Source of the DNA: the human T2T-CHM13v2.0 reference genome, Homo sapiens
DNA length: 64,000 nucleotides
Assembly (NCBI GenBank): GCA_009914755.4
Contig: CP086569.2
Span: 10,048,001 to 10,112,000 of the forward strand
Reading direction: 5' to 3'
Of this stretch, positions 30,587 to 42,747 are shown in pieces. Position 1 is the first letter of the stretch; every line of letters starts with the position of its first letter. Both the position numbers and the translations under genes were made by a program. The notes under the pieces are model-generated. The model saw only the letters and a list, made by a program, of their open reading frames with translations, did not search any database and was not told where the DNA came from.

Positions 30587-32944
30587 GCCTGCCTAGGCAC
30601 TGTATCCTCACCCCTGTGAGTGAGTGAGGGGTGAGTGCTTTTGACACTTGCCCCACTGTGATGTATAGGTACAGCCCTCCTGTGTTCCTTGGTGTTGCTC
30701 CCTCCTAGGTGTGGCTTCCTGCAGAACCAAACTGCCTCAGGAGCTGATAGGCTGTGTGTTTCTGTGGGAGTGCTGCAAGTGTTGGATGTCTGCCTGTGTG
30801 TTTGACTTTGTACATTTGTGTGTGTGTGTGTGTGTGTGCCTGTAAATGGAGTCTGCTTAAAGGAATGTGGCTAACACACTGCAGCACTTCATTTTGTTGA
30901 GTCTCCAACCTTTTGTTGTCTTCCTGTACGCCTCTGTTTGGGACATAGAACTCCATGTTCTTTATTTTTTTGTGAATCATGAATCTGCAGTGAGTTGGGA
31001 GGCTGGCCGAGACATGCTGCTGTCCAAGTCACCATGCCCTGCAAAAAAAGCAACTCTTCTAGGTAGAAGAGAGTCAAACCACACCCAAGAGCAGACATCT
31101 CCCAGGTTTTCATTGTCATGTGGCCAACCCAGGGAGAGACAATAGCAATCCTGTCTACAACAACCCTTGAATTTACCTCAGGTTATATTCACAGGTGAAC
31201 ACGTGCTTCACATCATGAGGGTTACTCCTCCTTTGTCCTGGGTTTTCATCCTTGGACAGATAGTTTGAGCAGCAGTAAGGTCAGACAGGGTGGGGATACA
31301 ATCTTGTGAGGGGTGGATGGGGTCTCACAACTTCACCTGCAAATAAGGTGAAGACAAATGACACAGAAGATGCTTCCAACTGAATCCCTACATTCCACTA
31401 TTTGCACAAGTAGTCCACACCATGGCCCATTGTTGAGGTGGGAGTACTCCAACATGCAGAGAACATTTGGAGTGCAAACTGGGGACATCCTGGCAAACTC
31501 CAGATTTGAGCGCTTTCATAGGCAAAGCCAAATGGGAGTGGGATGGACTAGTTCTGGGTGAAATATGGCCTCCACACTTGCCTGTTTTTTTCATGTCTTC
31601 CATGTTCCTCTATGGCCTATGGCATGCTGCATGTGGCTCAAAATCTTCAACACTAAACCTTTCCCACTTCATGGAGGTCGAACTAATTGGAATCCATTGC
31701 ATGAGTGTTTCCTTCTAATCACTGTCACATTTTAATGAATGGGCAGCTGTATTTATTTTTAAAGCATCAATTCCCATTACAGCTGCCAACAAGGAAACTT
31801 TCGTTCTCCCACTTTTATTGGAAGGCTGCTTGACTCCCGTAGGATGAGAAGCAGGGAGCCGTGTTTGGATTCACCTAGTAACCAAGGCTGTGTTTCACTT
31901 CATCTGCACTTCCTTTCTCATTGTAAACAGACTCTTTCATTGAGCTTTTGCTGTATGGGACTGCCACTCACAATGGTTCTTTTGGCAAGCAGAATTTCAG
32001 GGAGCAAAAAGACTTTGGTCGGCTGGTGGTGTTCCAGGTTTTGTGTCATGGGCTTGTTGTAAAATCTGAGGTTGTTTGCACTTTGTGGGAGGCTTTTGGT
32101 TCCTCTGGCAGAAATCTTTGAACATTTCTGGAAATCCAGGACAAGTCCACTCATTCTCACAGGTGAGCCTTGATTTTTCTTTGCTTTCATGCTGGGCCCA
32201 CATTGCCCCTCAGCAGAAATACTGGCCACCATTTTCAGGCTTGCAATTGCCAAAAACGGCCTCTGAGACAATTTCACAGTATCAACTGCACCCATGACAC
32301 TCCAGTTCGGTGTAAGAACTTCTTGATATTGGACCTACCTTTTTCATGTTTCCTGCCTTTTGCAGAGAGCCCCTGTGAGGACCATGATGAAGGGAAGCAA
32401 TGAGATCAAGGGACTGGCTATATTTTACTGACACTCATTTTTGGTGTCTCAGGTATAATTCCATTACACAAAAATCCTTTAACAACTCACCAGACTATAT
32501 TCCAATTTAGATGGGTCCTGATTCTTGCACAAAGGCTCTTTCAGGAATGGAGTCAGAAGAGCTCTCCTAAGCAACCACCTCACAGTCTTGAAACGCGTCC
32601 TCCTCCAGTGGTACCCAAAGATGCAGACATCCCAAAGGGGTTCTAAGGTAGAGAATTTTAATGCTAGTCTCAGGACACTAGGGCTTAGATCTGAGCTCTG
32701 GTTAGAGTCACAATGAATGTCACATTTGCCCAGCGACAAGTCCCTGTGACTTGGCTGAGGAGGATACCTTTGTGGAGGTGCATCAGCAGTGGACTCTCAC
32801 TTTTATTCCCTGTGGAAGCCTCGGGATAGTCCCACGATCCTAGGAGAGGGCAGACATGAACCAGCCTAAAGAAACATCAGGCATAGCCCCAGGAATAAAC
32901 CACAAAATTGCTAAGGATCCAAAAGGAACTGCAGGATTTTTTAG
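30587..32944. repeat. Array unit 13 (2358 bp). It carries a small hairpin-forming insertion at 30603-30636 within the start motif.
   Basis: The start motif is at 30587. (TG)11 is at 30817-30838. Confidence 0.6.
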
Positions 32945-35326
32945 GACTGGCTAGATGCTGTATTGGTTAGTCTTTCTGAAACTTGCCCCACCGTGCTTCC
33001 CAGGTAAAGCCTGCCAGTATGCCCTGGGGTTGCTCTCTGCCAGGGTAAGTTTCTTGCACAACCACGAAGCCTCAGGAGCTGCCAGCCTGTGTGTTTCTGT
33101 TGGAGTGTTGTGAGTGTTGGAGGCCTGCATGTGTGTGGCATTTTGTGTGTGTGTGTGTTTGTGTGTGTGTGTCTGTAAGTGGAGAGTGCTTAAATGAATG
33201 TGGCTAACACAATTCAGGGCTAGTTTTTTGAGTCTCCAACCCTTTTGGCTCTGCTTGAGCCACATCATAAGTCTCAGTGAATTGAGAGGCAGGCCATAAC
33301 CCACCCATGTCCAAATAATCTCCCCCTACAAAGCACAAAGCCATTCTTCTAGAAACAAGAGGAGCACACCACACAAAAACATAGATATCTTTAGTGTTTC
33401 ATTGTTATGTGGCCAACCCAGACAGAGACAGTAGCAGTCTTGTTTTCAGGGCCCCTTCAATTTACCTGAAATTCAGTCCCCAGCTTAGCAAGTGCTTCAC
33501 GTCCTGAGGGGGCACTCCTCCATCATTTTGGGATTTTATTTTGGGACACAGAGTATAAGCAGCCATAACATCGGATAGGGGTGAGAATTCAATCAGGTGA
33601 AGGTTGTCACCTGAAGACAGGTGACTCAGAAGGTACTTCCAACACCATCCCCACATTCCCTTAGTTGAAGAAGCAGTCCACACCATGGCTCAGTGTTCAG
33701 GTGAGTGTACAAGCTGGGGCCATCCTGGCAAACTTCCGATTTGAGGGCTTTCATACCCGGAACAAAATGGAAGTGGAATAAATTCATGCTAGGTGGAATG
33801 TGGCCTCCACACTTGCCTCATCTTTTCCTGACTTCCATGTTCCTCACTGGCCTACAGTTTCCTGGGTCTGGTTCAATGACTTCCAACACAGAACATTTCC
33901 CAGTTCACAAAGAACAACCCTCACGGTGATCCACTGTGTGAGTGTTTCCTTCTAAACACCATCACGTTTTAATGACTGAGCTGCTTTGATACTTTTAAAA
34001 CAGTAAATTCCTGTTACAGCCACCAAAAAGCAAACTCTTCCTCTCCCACTCCTATCAAAGGGCTGCATGACTTCTGCAGGGTGAGAAGCAGGCATTCATG
34101 TCTGGCTTTTGTCTGGTAGTCTATCTTCTGTTTCATTTCATCTGCCTGGTTTCCTTATTGTGGAGGGGCTCTTTCATTCAGCTGTTTTTCAGTAGGACTG
34201 CCTCTCTACACAGATAATTTAGTTACCAGGATTTCAGAGAGGAAAAGGGACTTCAGGTAGGCTGGCTGCACTCCAGGTTCTGGGTCATTGTCTCATTTGG
34301 GGGGCTGAAGTTCCTTCCACTTTACAGGAGGCATTTGGATCCTCTGACAGGAATCATTGAACATTGCTTGGACTCCAGCACAAGGCAGCTCATTCTAGAG
34401 AGATGAGGTTTTATTTTTCTTTGCTTTCATGGGGAATCTACAGTACCCCTAAACAGCAGTACTGACACAACTTTTTATCCTTGCCATGCCATAAATGGCC
34501 TTTGACACACTGTCTCAACCTCATCTGCACCCATGAGTGGTCAGTCCAAGGTGTGAGAACAGTGCTCCACCTTGGACTTGCCTTTGTCTTAGGTCCAGAC
34601 TTTCCCAGAGAGCCCCTGTGAGGCCCAAAATGAAGGGAGGAAGTGAGGTCAAGGGCCCAACTATCTTTCACTGACCCCAGCTTCTGGGGTCTCAGGTATG
34701 ATTCTATCATCCAAATAACCCTCAACAACACAGCAAACTATATTTGCATCCCCATCATACCCGATTCTTGCACATAGCCTCTTTTGAGACTGGAGTCAGA
34801 TGAGCAGTTTCCAGCGATCAGCTCACATTCTTGAAACGCCTCCTTCTCCAGCATGACATGGCCATGGAGATGCCATGAAGGGGCCCTGAGGTCCCCACTT
34901 ATGGTCCCACAGTGGGATTTCACAGGCAGCCTTTTTTCTCGCTACCAGGCTGCACTGCCTGTACCATTTTACTCTGCTTAAGCAGGCTGACAGCTCTGAC
35001 AGACAGGAAACATAGGCTGCCACAGGAATGGGCATGCACTACTCTCAGGGCACCAGGCCTGATTGTGAGCTCTGGCTAGCATCACAATGAGTGTAACCAT
35101 TGCCTAGCAACAAGTTCCTGTGGCTTGGTGGAGAAGAAGACCTCCGTGGAGTTGTGTCAAAGGTGGACTCTCACCTGTCTTCACTGTGGGATCCATGGTA
35201 TTGTTCCATGATCCTAGGAGAGGGCAGATGTGAGCCAGCCTGAAGAAACCTCAAGTAAAGTTCCAGCAATAAACCATGAAATCCCTAATAATAAAAAATG
35301 ATCTTCAGGATTCCTCATTCAACCTA
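32945..35326. repeat. Array unit 14 (2382 bp)
   Basis: The start motif 'gactggctagatgctgtattggttagtc' is at 32945. Confidence 0.55.
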
Positions 35327-36721
35327 GACATTGTAGGGGTGAGCCTTTTTGAAACTTACCCCACTGTGATTTCTAGGTAGAGCCAGGCTGTTTTCCCTGG
35401 GGTTGCTGTCTCCCAGGTGGGGGCTTCTTGCAGAACCAGTCAACCCCATTGCTGCATTCCTTTGTAGCAGGACAAGCCATGAACAAAACCCCTCAGACAC
35501 TGGATTAAAGAAGAAAGTGGCTTTATTCAGCTGGGAGTGTTGGCAGACTCCTGTCTCAGGAACTGAGCTCCTGGAAGAAACAGTTCCTGTCCCTTTTAAG
35601 TGCTTACAACTTTAAGGGGTTACACGTGAAAGGGTTGTAATAGATTGAGATCTAGAGATAGCACGTGTGGTTAGAGTGGTGGGTTAAACTTTTAACCTCA
35701 GGCCTGTTCATTAGTGGCACCAGCTGGTCTTGTCAATGATTTCATTCCTGATGTTTTTCAGCTTTTACTTCCTCCTTCTATTCAGAGAACAGGGGACAGT
35801 AAGAGAAATAGCCTTCCTCCTCATCCCCCTCTTTGAGAGCTGCACTCACTAGTGAGAGTTCTCTTTCTCATCTTCATTACCCAGGTCTTTCTGCAAAACA
35901 GATTGATAGTGATTTATGTAATGCACTTGTGCTGTGGTCTTTTGATGAACTAAGGTGGTAAAAGTACAGGTACCATACAGGGAGTAAACACTGGCTTGGG
36001 AGAGTGCCTGTGGACCTTCCCTTAGACTAAAATATTTACTTGGGGATCCAGTCCATTTCCATTGATTCTTAGAATTACATACTCTCCTGTTTTCCGACAG
36101 GGATCAAGTAGTTATAATGGGTTTTCCCACATCAGGCTGGTTACTTCCTGGGCTGCATACCTTGTGCAGGGTGGCGTTATACAAAGTCATCCCTTTTAAA
36201 GTTGCAATACATTCATAATAACTATAAAACAAAAAGACTGCTTTAACTTTTTTCCCTACCTCAGTAACTTGAACAGTCCTCAGTCTGAGGAAGGTCAGTT
36301 GAAGTCCTTACTGTACACATCCAAAATTTAAGAAAAGTGAGTCCTACAATGAGTTTCCTCATGTTTTGGCCATGCGTGGACCAGTCAGCTCCTGGGTATG
36401 ACTGGAGTAGGGCTTGTCATCTTCTTCAAAGTCACCTTGGAGGTGTTATCTGGGCTTGGTCTCTCCTCCCAGGTCTCAGGTGCTGCAGTTTTAGGTGGCT
36501 ATGATGGATCCACGCTAGAATTTTCTCTACATTTGTGGCTGTGGGAGTGGTCAAGACGAAGGCCTGGTGTCCTTTCCACCTGTGGCCACAAGGGGGCTAC
36601 TTTCCGATCCGGGATCCACACCCGATCATCTGGGAAGAAAGTCATTTACCCTGGCTGAAATTGTTTCTGTAATTTTCCCTAGAGCCTGTAATTGTTGCTG
36701 TAACTCAATTTTACCTAGCTC

Positions 36722-36919
36722 TCAATGAGTGCCTAGGAGTCCCCGTAGTATGGGAGGGGGCCTATGATATAATATTTCATAAGGTGAATATCCTGTTCTT
36801 TTAGAAGGAATACATTTAATCTTAAACAATACCTTAGGGAGAGCTTGTGCCGGCTTTAATCCTCTTTCTTGACACACTTTTTCTAAACTATTTTTGATAG
36901 TCCAGTTCATCTGCTTCAC
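36722..36919 (-). pseudogene. ERV pol remnant: integrase C-terminal fragment
   Basis: '...SKRTGYSPYEILYHRPPPI' matches gammaretroviral integrase '..GLTPYEILYGAPPPLV..'. Confidence 0.65.
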
Positions 36920-37265
36920 CTTTCCGCAACTCTACGGTCAATAAGCAGTATGTAGTTTCCATGTCATTTCCAATACCTTTGCTGCCTTTTGTACCAAGTC
37001 AGCAACAAATGATGGCATGTTGTCTGAGCTCATTCATAAGGGCAGTCTAAACCTAGGGATGACATCTTGGAGAAGCACATAGTGTACTTCACGAGCTTTC
37101 TAAGTTTTTGTTGGATAGGCCACCACCCACCCAGAGTATGTACACACTAGAACTAGCAAATACTTGTTACCTCTACATTTGGATATCTTGGTGAAGTCTA
37201 CTTGGATGTTTTCAAAGCGGGCTAATCCATAAGCTTGTATGTTGGGCAAGACGGTTAGACCTTGC

Positions 37266-37655
37266 CTAGCATTTTTCTGTGGAAAGGTGACACACTGAGT
37301 TTTGGTCTAGGTGGGTGGTCTCATGCACAGCCAGTACCACTGTGGCTACTAGTAGTTGTGACATGGCTATTCTTCCATCAAATAACAGAATCTTTCCCTC
37401 TTCTATCACATGCCCTCCCTCTGCTTGGAGAAAGTCTTTCTTTTCTTTAGAATAAATAGGTACAAGGTCAGGTACCTGATGGAGCAACAGGATTGTGACT
37501 GATGCCCCATAGTGGGTGGATGCTGCTTTCCGAGACTCTGAGTCAGCTCGGGAGTTCTCCAAGGCAATCGAGTGGAAGTTTGCTTGTTTCCTCTGCAGTG
37601 TATGACTGCTTTTCTTGTAGATTGACAAGCTACTCCCATCCATGTACAGCTCCAA
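37266..37655 (-). pseudogene. ERV pol remnant: RNase H / integrase N-terminal region
   Basis: The sequence begins 'ELYMDGSS' (RNase H 'TWYTDGSS'). Its C-terminal part 'HETTHL' resembles the integrase HHCC zinc-binding start. Confidence 0.6.
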
Positions 37656-37719
37656 ATCTACTGATGCCCAAGAATGGTCTCAATGGGGAGTCTGCTAAAA
37701 TAAACTGTGTCCAACACCT

Positions 37720-38091
37720 CTACACAGTTATGTTCACCTGGGCTCTCTGACACCAGTAAGGTGTATGTAAGGTGGTGGAGTTCAAGGTGTTGCAGACTTC
37801 AATGATTATGTGGGGATTTTCACAGAGCAAGCTTTGGTAGCTACTTACCCTTGCATTCATTAGCCAATGATGTCCTTTGGTATTCATTAATAACACCACA
37901 GCATGGGGAGACTTTATGTTCAGGTTTTGCCCAAGAGTTAGTTTATCCACTTCTTGTGCTAGCAGGGCAGTTGCTGCCAAGGCCTTCAAACATGGGGGCC
38001 AACCTTTAGAAACTCCATCTAGCTGTTTGGAGAAGTAGGCTACCAATCTTGGCCAGGGCCACACTGTGTGGGTAAAAACTCCAGCTACCAT
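37720..38091 (-). pseudogene. ERV pol remnant: RT connection / RNase H-proximal region
   Basis: 'LVAYFSKQLDGVSKGWPPCLKALAATALLAQEVDKLTLGQNLNIKSPHAV...LMNARVSSYQSLL' matches MLV Pol '..[62 protein letters not shown]'. Confidence 0.75.
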
Positions 38092-38246
38092 TTTTCTCTC
38101 TCTGACACATATAGTGTAAATGGCTTTGTGAGGTCAGGCAGCCCCAGAGCTGGGGCTGATGTAAGTTTCTCTTTTAATTCATGAAAAGCTCATTACTGTT
38201 GGGACTCCCATTCAAAATTCTCTCTGTTACCTCCCTTTGTGACTTC

Positions 38247-38525
38247 CTACAGTACTGAAAATACAGCTCCTAAGAATTCTCTCATCTGCCTTCTGGTTTT
38301 AGTCTCCAGTAGGTTGCAAATGACCTGCTTTCTTTCTGATCCTAGGCTGTGCTCCATTGTAGGATAGTAAATCCCAGATAACATAAATGCTGTCAGCAGA
38401 TCTGAGCTTTCTTTGGACACCTCATACCCGCAGTCCCCCAGGTGCCAGAGCAGGGTATCCATTCCCTTGGGGCACCCGATTACTGTTGGGTGTCCCTGCA
38501 GGAGGTCATCAACAGACTGGAGCAA
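38247..38525 (-). pseudogene. ERV pol remnant: reverse transcriptase fragment
   Basis: The ORF-track protein contains '...GYEVSKESSDL...ETKTRRQMREFLGAVF'. This matches the gammaretroviral RT pattern '..GYRVS.KKAQ..TPKTPRQLREFLGTAGF'. Confidence 0.7.
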
Positions 38526-40332
38526 AAAACAGTCTAGGTCTCTGTGGGAAACTTCTGGAAGTCCCGAGCCAGTACCTTCCCAAAGATAGTGGGGGAGTTA
38601 TTGAACCCTTGGGGAAGCAAGGTCCAAGTGTACTGAGTGGTGACACCTGGCCCCGCATCTTCCCACTCAAAGGCAAAGAGTTTCTGGTTCTCAAGGGCTA
38701 GGCTGATGCTAATGAAGGCATCCTTCAGCTGTCCTCAGCTGGCAGCAACCCCAACAATTTGTAGGAGTTAGGTACAACTGGGGCAAAGTCACTGTAGCTT
38801 GGATGACTGAATACAACTCCAGTACTGGCCTGTAGTCCTTGATCCCTGGCTTTGGAACAGACAGGCAGGGAGTGTTCCATGGATACTAACAAGGGACTAT
38901 AATTCCAAGGGCCCTCAGGTGCTTGAGATGGACCTGGGTACCTTCAAGAGCTTCTCTGGGGACTAGGGACTGTTTTTTCCTGGCTGGCTGGGCCATAGGC
39001 TTATCTCCTATGAGTAAGAGGGCCTAGTTAATTGCCAATCCTGGAGGGTTCTTTTCTGCCCACACTTTTGGCCATCACTTAGCCAGAGCTGGTCTTACAT
39101 CTTAGCTTAACTGAATTAAGAGGCATCTCCATTCCTTCTCGCTAGGAACAATAAGGGCCATGATGACTCTCCTTCCAAGTAACTTTAACTGTAAAGAGCT
39201 GTGTTTTGTAAAAGAGATGGTGGCTCTCAGCTTGCTAAGTAAGTCCTTCCTACCAAAGGCAAGGGGCAGTCAAGCATGTACAGGAAGTGGTGAATCACTT
39301 AATGACCCCCCCATCCCCTAAAGTGCAGGTCTAGGGCAAACAGAAAGCTTACTTTGTCAGGACCCCTGTGTATCTGATTATATTACTAGTCTTTGTGGAA
39401 AAGAGGGCGACCAGGATGGTTACTACTGCACATCAGCCCGGACCCCCACAGTCCAATAACACTTCTGCTAGATTGAATAAGTCCCCTTCATCTTTGTCTG
39501 AGGACTCCTGCTCAGAGTCACCTTATTTCCCTTTCAATCTGGGGCACTTGTCCTTCCAATGCCCTATTTCCTTACAGCAAGGACACTGGTTACACAGCAA
39601 GCATGGATGACCAGACTGGGTATTTTTCCTAGGGCCCCCCTTCTCTCACCACTTTGGGGGGGCCCCTCTAATAGCCGCAGCTAGAAGGTCAACGTTTCAC
39701 CAGGCTCGGCATTCACTCTCTCTGAGGTTCCCTCTGCAGCTTACTGCATCTCTATTTACAAACTTCTGGTGGGCTATCTCCAATACTGTGAATTATTCAT
39801 GCCTGCAAACCCAGTCTGTTTCTGCCATTGTCTTCTAATGTCTTCTATACTTTAAGTAACTAAAGCCATGTTAATCATGTGCTGATATTGAGGGCTATTG
39901 GGATCAAAGGGAGTATATTGGGATCAAAGGGTCCCACAGTGGGTGTTCATAGGCAGCTTTTTCATAATACCAGGATGGCTCTGTCTGTACAATTTCCCTC
40001 TGCTTAGGCAGGCTGACAGCTCTGACAGCCTGGAACAAGATGTTGCCTACAGATATGCATGCACTAGTTTGAGGGGACCAGGCCTGATTGTGAGAGTTGG
40101 CTACCATCACAATGAATGTTATCATTGCCTAGAGAAAAGTCCCTGCAGCTTGGTTGAGAAGGAGACCTCTGAGGAGGTGCATCAGCAGTTGACTCAACTG
40201 TCTCCTCTGTGGGATTGTTCCATGATCCTAGGAGAGGGCAGACTTGAGCCAACCTCAAGAAACATCAAACAGAGCCCCAGGAATAAATTGCAAAATCCCT
40301 AAGTTTCCAAGATGACCTGCAGGATTCCTCAG

Positions 40333-42747
40333 GCTGGCCTAGACATTGTAGGGGTGAGTCTTTTTGAAACTTGTTCTGCTGTGACTTCTTGGTACAGCCC
40401 ACCAGGGTTTTTCAAGGTTGCTGTCTCCCAGGTAAGGCTTCCTGAAGAACGACATAGTGTCAGGCACTGCTGGGTTGTGTGTTTCTGTGAAAGTGTTGGG
40501 AATATCGGATATGTGTGCATGTGAGGCATGGTGTGTTTCTGGCTGTCTATGTGTGTATGAATGTAAGTGGAGTTATCTTAAAGAAATGTGGCTAATGCAC
40601 TTCAGCGCTTTTTTTTAAGTCTCCCCACCTTATGGTCACCTGTCTGTGTGTTTCTGCTTGGGCAGTGGGGCACCGTGTTCTTTATTATTATGTGGATCCA
40701 AAATCCACAGTGAATTGGTATGTGGGCAGGGAACTGCTGGTGTCCAAAACAACTCCCTCTGCAAGAAAAGCCACTGTTCTAGAAAAAAAGAAAAGCACAC
40801 CACACCAAAAGATAGACATCTCCCTGTGTTTCATATTCCTATGGCCAACACAGGAAAAGACACTAGCAGTTCTGTCGGCAGGGCCCCTTAATTTTACCTC
40901 AAATTCTGTTCTGAATTGAGCAGGTGCTTCAAGTCCTAAGGAGGCACACCTCCATTGTCTTGTGATTTTATCCTGGGATATAGAGTGTGAGCAGCAATAA
41001 AGTCAGATGGGGTGAGAATACAATGTGGTGAAAAGTGGATGGGGTCCCACAACTTTACCTGCAAAAAAAGAATAAAGACAGATGACAAAGAAGTTTCTTC
41101 CAACTCCATGCCTGCTTTACCTTAATTGCAAAAGCAGTCCAGACAATGGCTCAGTGTTCAGGTATGAGTATTCCAATGTGCAAGGAACATTTGGAGTGCA
41201 AATTGGGACCATCCTGGCAAACTGCCGATTTGTGGGCTTTAATACCCAAAGTCAAATGTGGGTGGAATGGATTGATGCTGGTTGGATGGGGCTTCCAGAC
41301 ATGCCTCTTTGTTTCATGACTTCCATGATTCTCATTGTTTTAGGGTTTCCTGGGTCTGGCCTAGTGACTACCACACTAAATGTTTCCCAGTTCATGGAGA
41401 ATGACTCTCATGGGAATCCATTGTGTGAATGTTTCCTTCTAAACAGCGTCATGTACTAAGGACTGGGAAGATTTGATACTTTTAAAAATATATATTGATG
41501 TTACAGCTGCCAAAAGAAAACTTGTTCTCTCACATCTATTGGAGGGGCCCATGACTCCTGTAGGATGAGAAGCAGGCTTGTGTGTCAAGTTTTTCCTGGT
41601 AATCTAGAGTCTGTTTCATCATCTGCACAACTTTCTTATTTTGGACGGGCACTTTCATTGAACTGTTGCTGGATGGAACTGCCTTTCACCACAGATTATG
41701 AATCTGCCAGTGATTTCAGACAGCAAAATGACTTTCAATAGGCTGCCTGCACTCCACATTGTGGGTCGTTGTCTCATTGTGGGGGCTGAGGTTGTTTGCA
41801 CTTTGTAGGGTGTTTTGGGTCTCCTGACAGGAATCATTGAACATTGCTTGGATTCCAGCACAAGGAAGCTTGTTCTCTCAGGTGAGACTTTTTTTTGGAC
41901 ACCCTTTTCAGGCTTGCCATGACTGCAGATGGTGTCTGAGACACTGTCTAAACCTTATCTGCACCCAAGAGGTGACAATACGGATGTGAGACCATTGCTT
42001 CATATTGGATTTGCCTTTGTGTTGCTTCCTGTATTTCCCAGAAAGCCTCTGTGAGGCACAGCATTAAGGGAAGCTGTGAGGTCAAGAACCCAGCCATCTT
42101 TCACTGACCTCTGCCCTTAGGGTCTTAGGTATGATTCTATCAACAAAGAACCCTTAACACACCATACTATATTGCAATCCCTATGGTACCAGACTGTCGC
42201 AAAGAACATCTTTTGGGAATGAAGTCAGAAGAACAGTTTGCTGTGACCACCTCAGAGTCTCAAAACCCTTCCTCCTCCAGCAAGACCCAACCACAAAAAC
42301 TGTCTAAAGGCGCCCTGAGTTTGAGAATTTTAGTGTCCTGCTCTGGGTTTTTCCAGGCTGCCTTTTTCTTGATACCAGGCTTGCCCTGCCTGTACCATTT
42401 TTTACTGCATAGGCAGGCTGACAGCTCAGACTGACTGATGGCGGAGCCTGCCTCACAAATGTGCATGCGCTAGTCTCACAGCACCAGGCCTGACTGTGAC
42501 CTTTCAGTAGAGTGACAATTAATGTCATTGTTGCCTAATGCCAAGTCCCTGTGAATTGGAGAAGAAGGGCACCTCTATACAGTTTTGTTGCCCATGGACT
42601 CCCACTTGTCTTCTCTGTAAGACAGACAGGACAGTCCCATGATCCCAAGAGAGGGCAGATGTGAGAGTCTGTAGAAACATCAAGCACAATTCCAGAAATA
42701 AATTCTGAAATCCCAAAGGATGCAAAGAAATCTGTAGGATTCTTCAA
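40333..42747. repeat. Array unit 16 (2415 bp)
   Basis: The start motif 'gctggcctagacattgtaggggtgagtc' is at 40333. Confidence 0.6.

Larger units (their letters stand above)
35441..39924 (-). mobile_element. Truncated class I (gammaretrovirus-like) endogenous retrovirus, about 4.5 kb. pol is largely present, and gag and env are heavily deleted. The LTRs are not confidently delimited.
   Basis: Minus-strand ORF remnants show clear MLV-like Pol motifs. The RT motif is 'KTRRQMREFLG' (MLV 'TPKTPRQLREFLG'). The RT-connection motif is 'VAYFSKQLDGVSKGWPPCLKALAATALLAQEVDKLTLGQNLNIKSPHAV'. The RNase H start is 'ELYMDGSS'. The integrase zinc-finger-like motif is 'HETTHL'. The integrase C-terminal motif is 'GYSPYEILYHRPPPI'. 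The sequence is entirely foreign to the array unit. A reverse-strand AATAAA lies near 35517-35522. Confidence 0.8.
35327..40332. repeat. Array unit 15, disrupted. Only about 115 bp at the 5' end and about 410 bp at the 3' end of the unit remain. About 1.9 kb of the unit has been replaced by an ERV insertion.
   Basis: Unit sequence stops at about 35440 ('gcagaacca|gtcaacccc'). It resumes at about 39925 ('gggtcccacagtgggtgttcataggcagc'). Confidence 0.6.

Noticed and set aside
35441-39924. Exact ERV LTR boundaries and a family name (HERV-H, HERV-W and others)
   Set aside because: I could not find two clearly matching LTR copies or a primer-binding site by eye. The ERV ends may be truncated, so I report only class I Pol homology. 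A Dfam search is needed.
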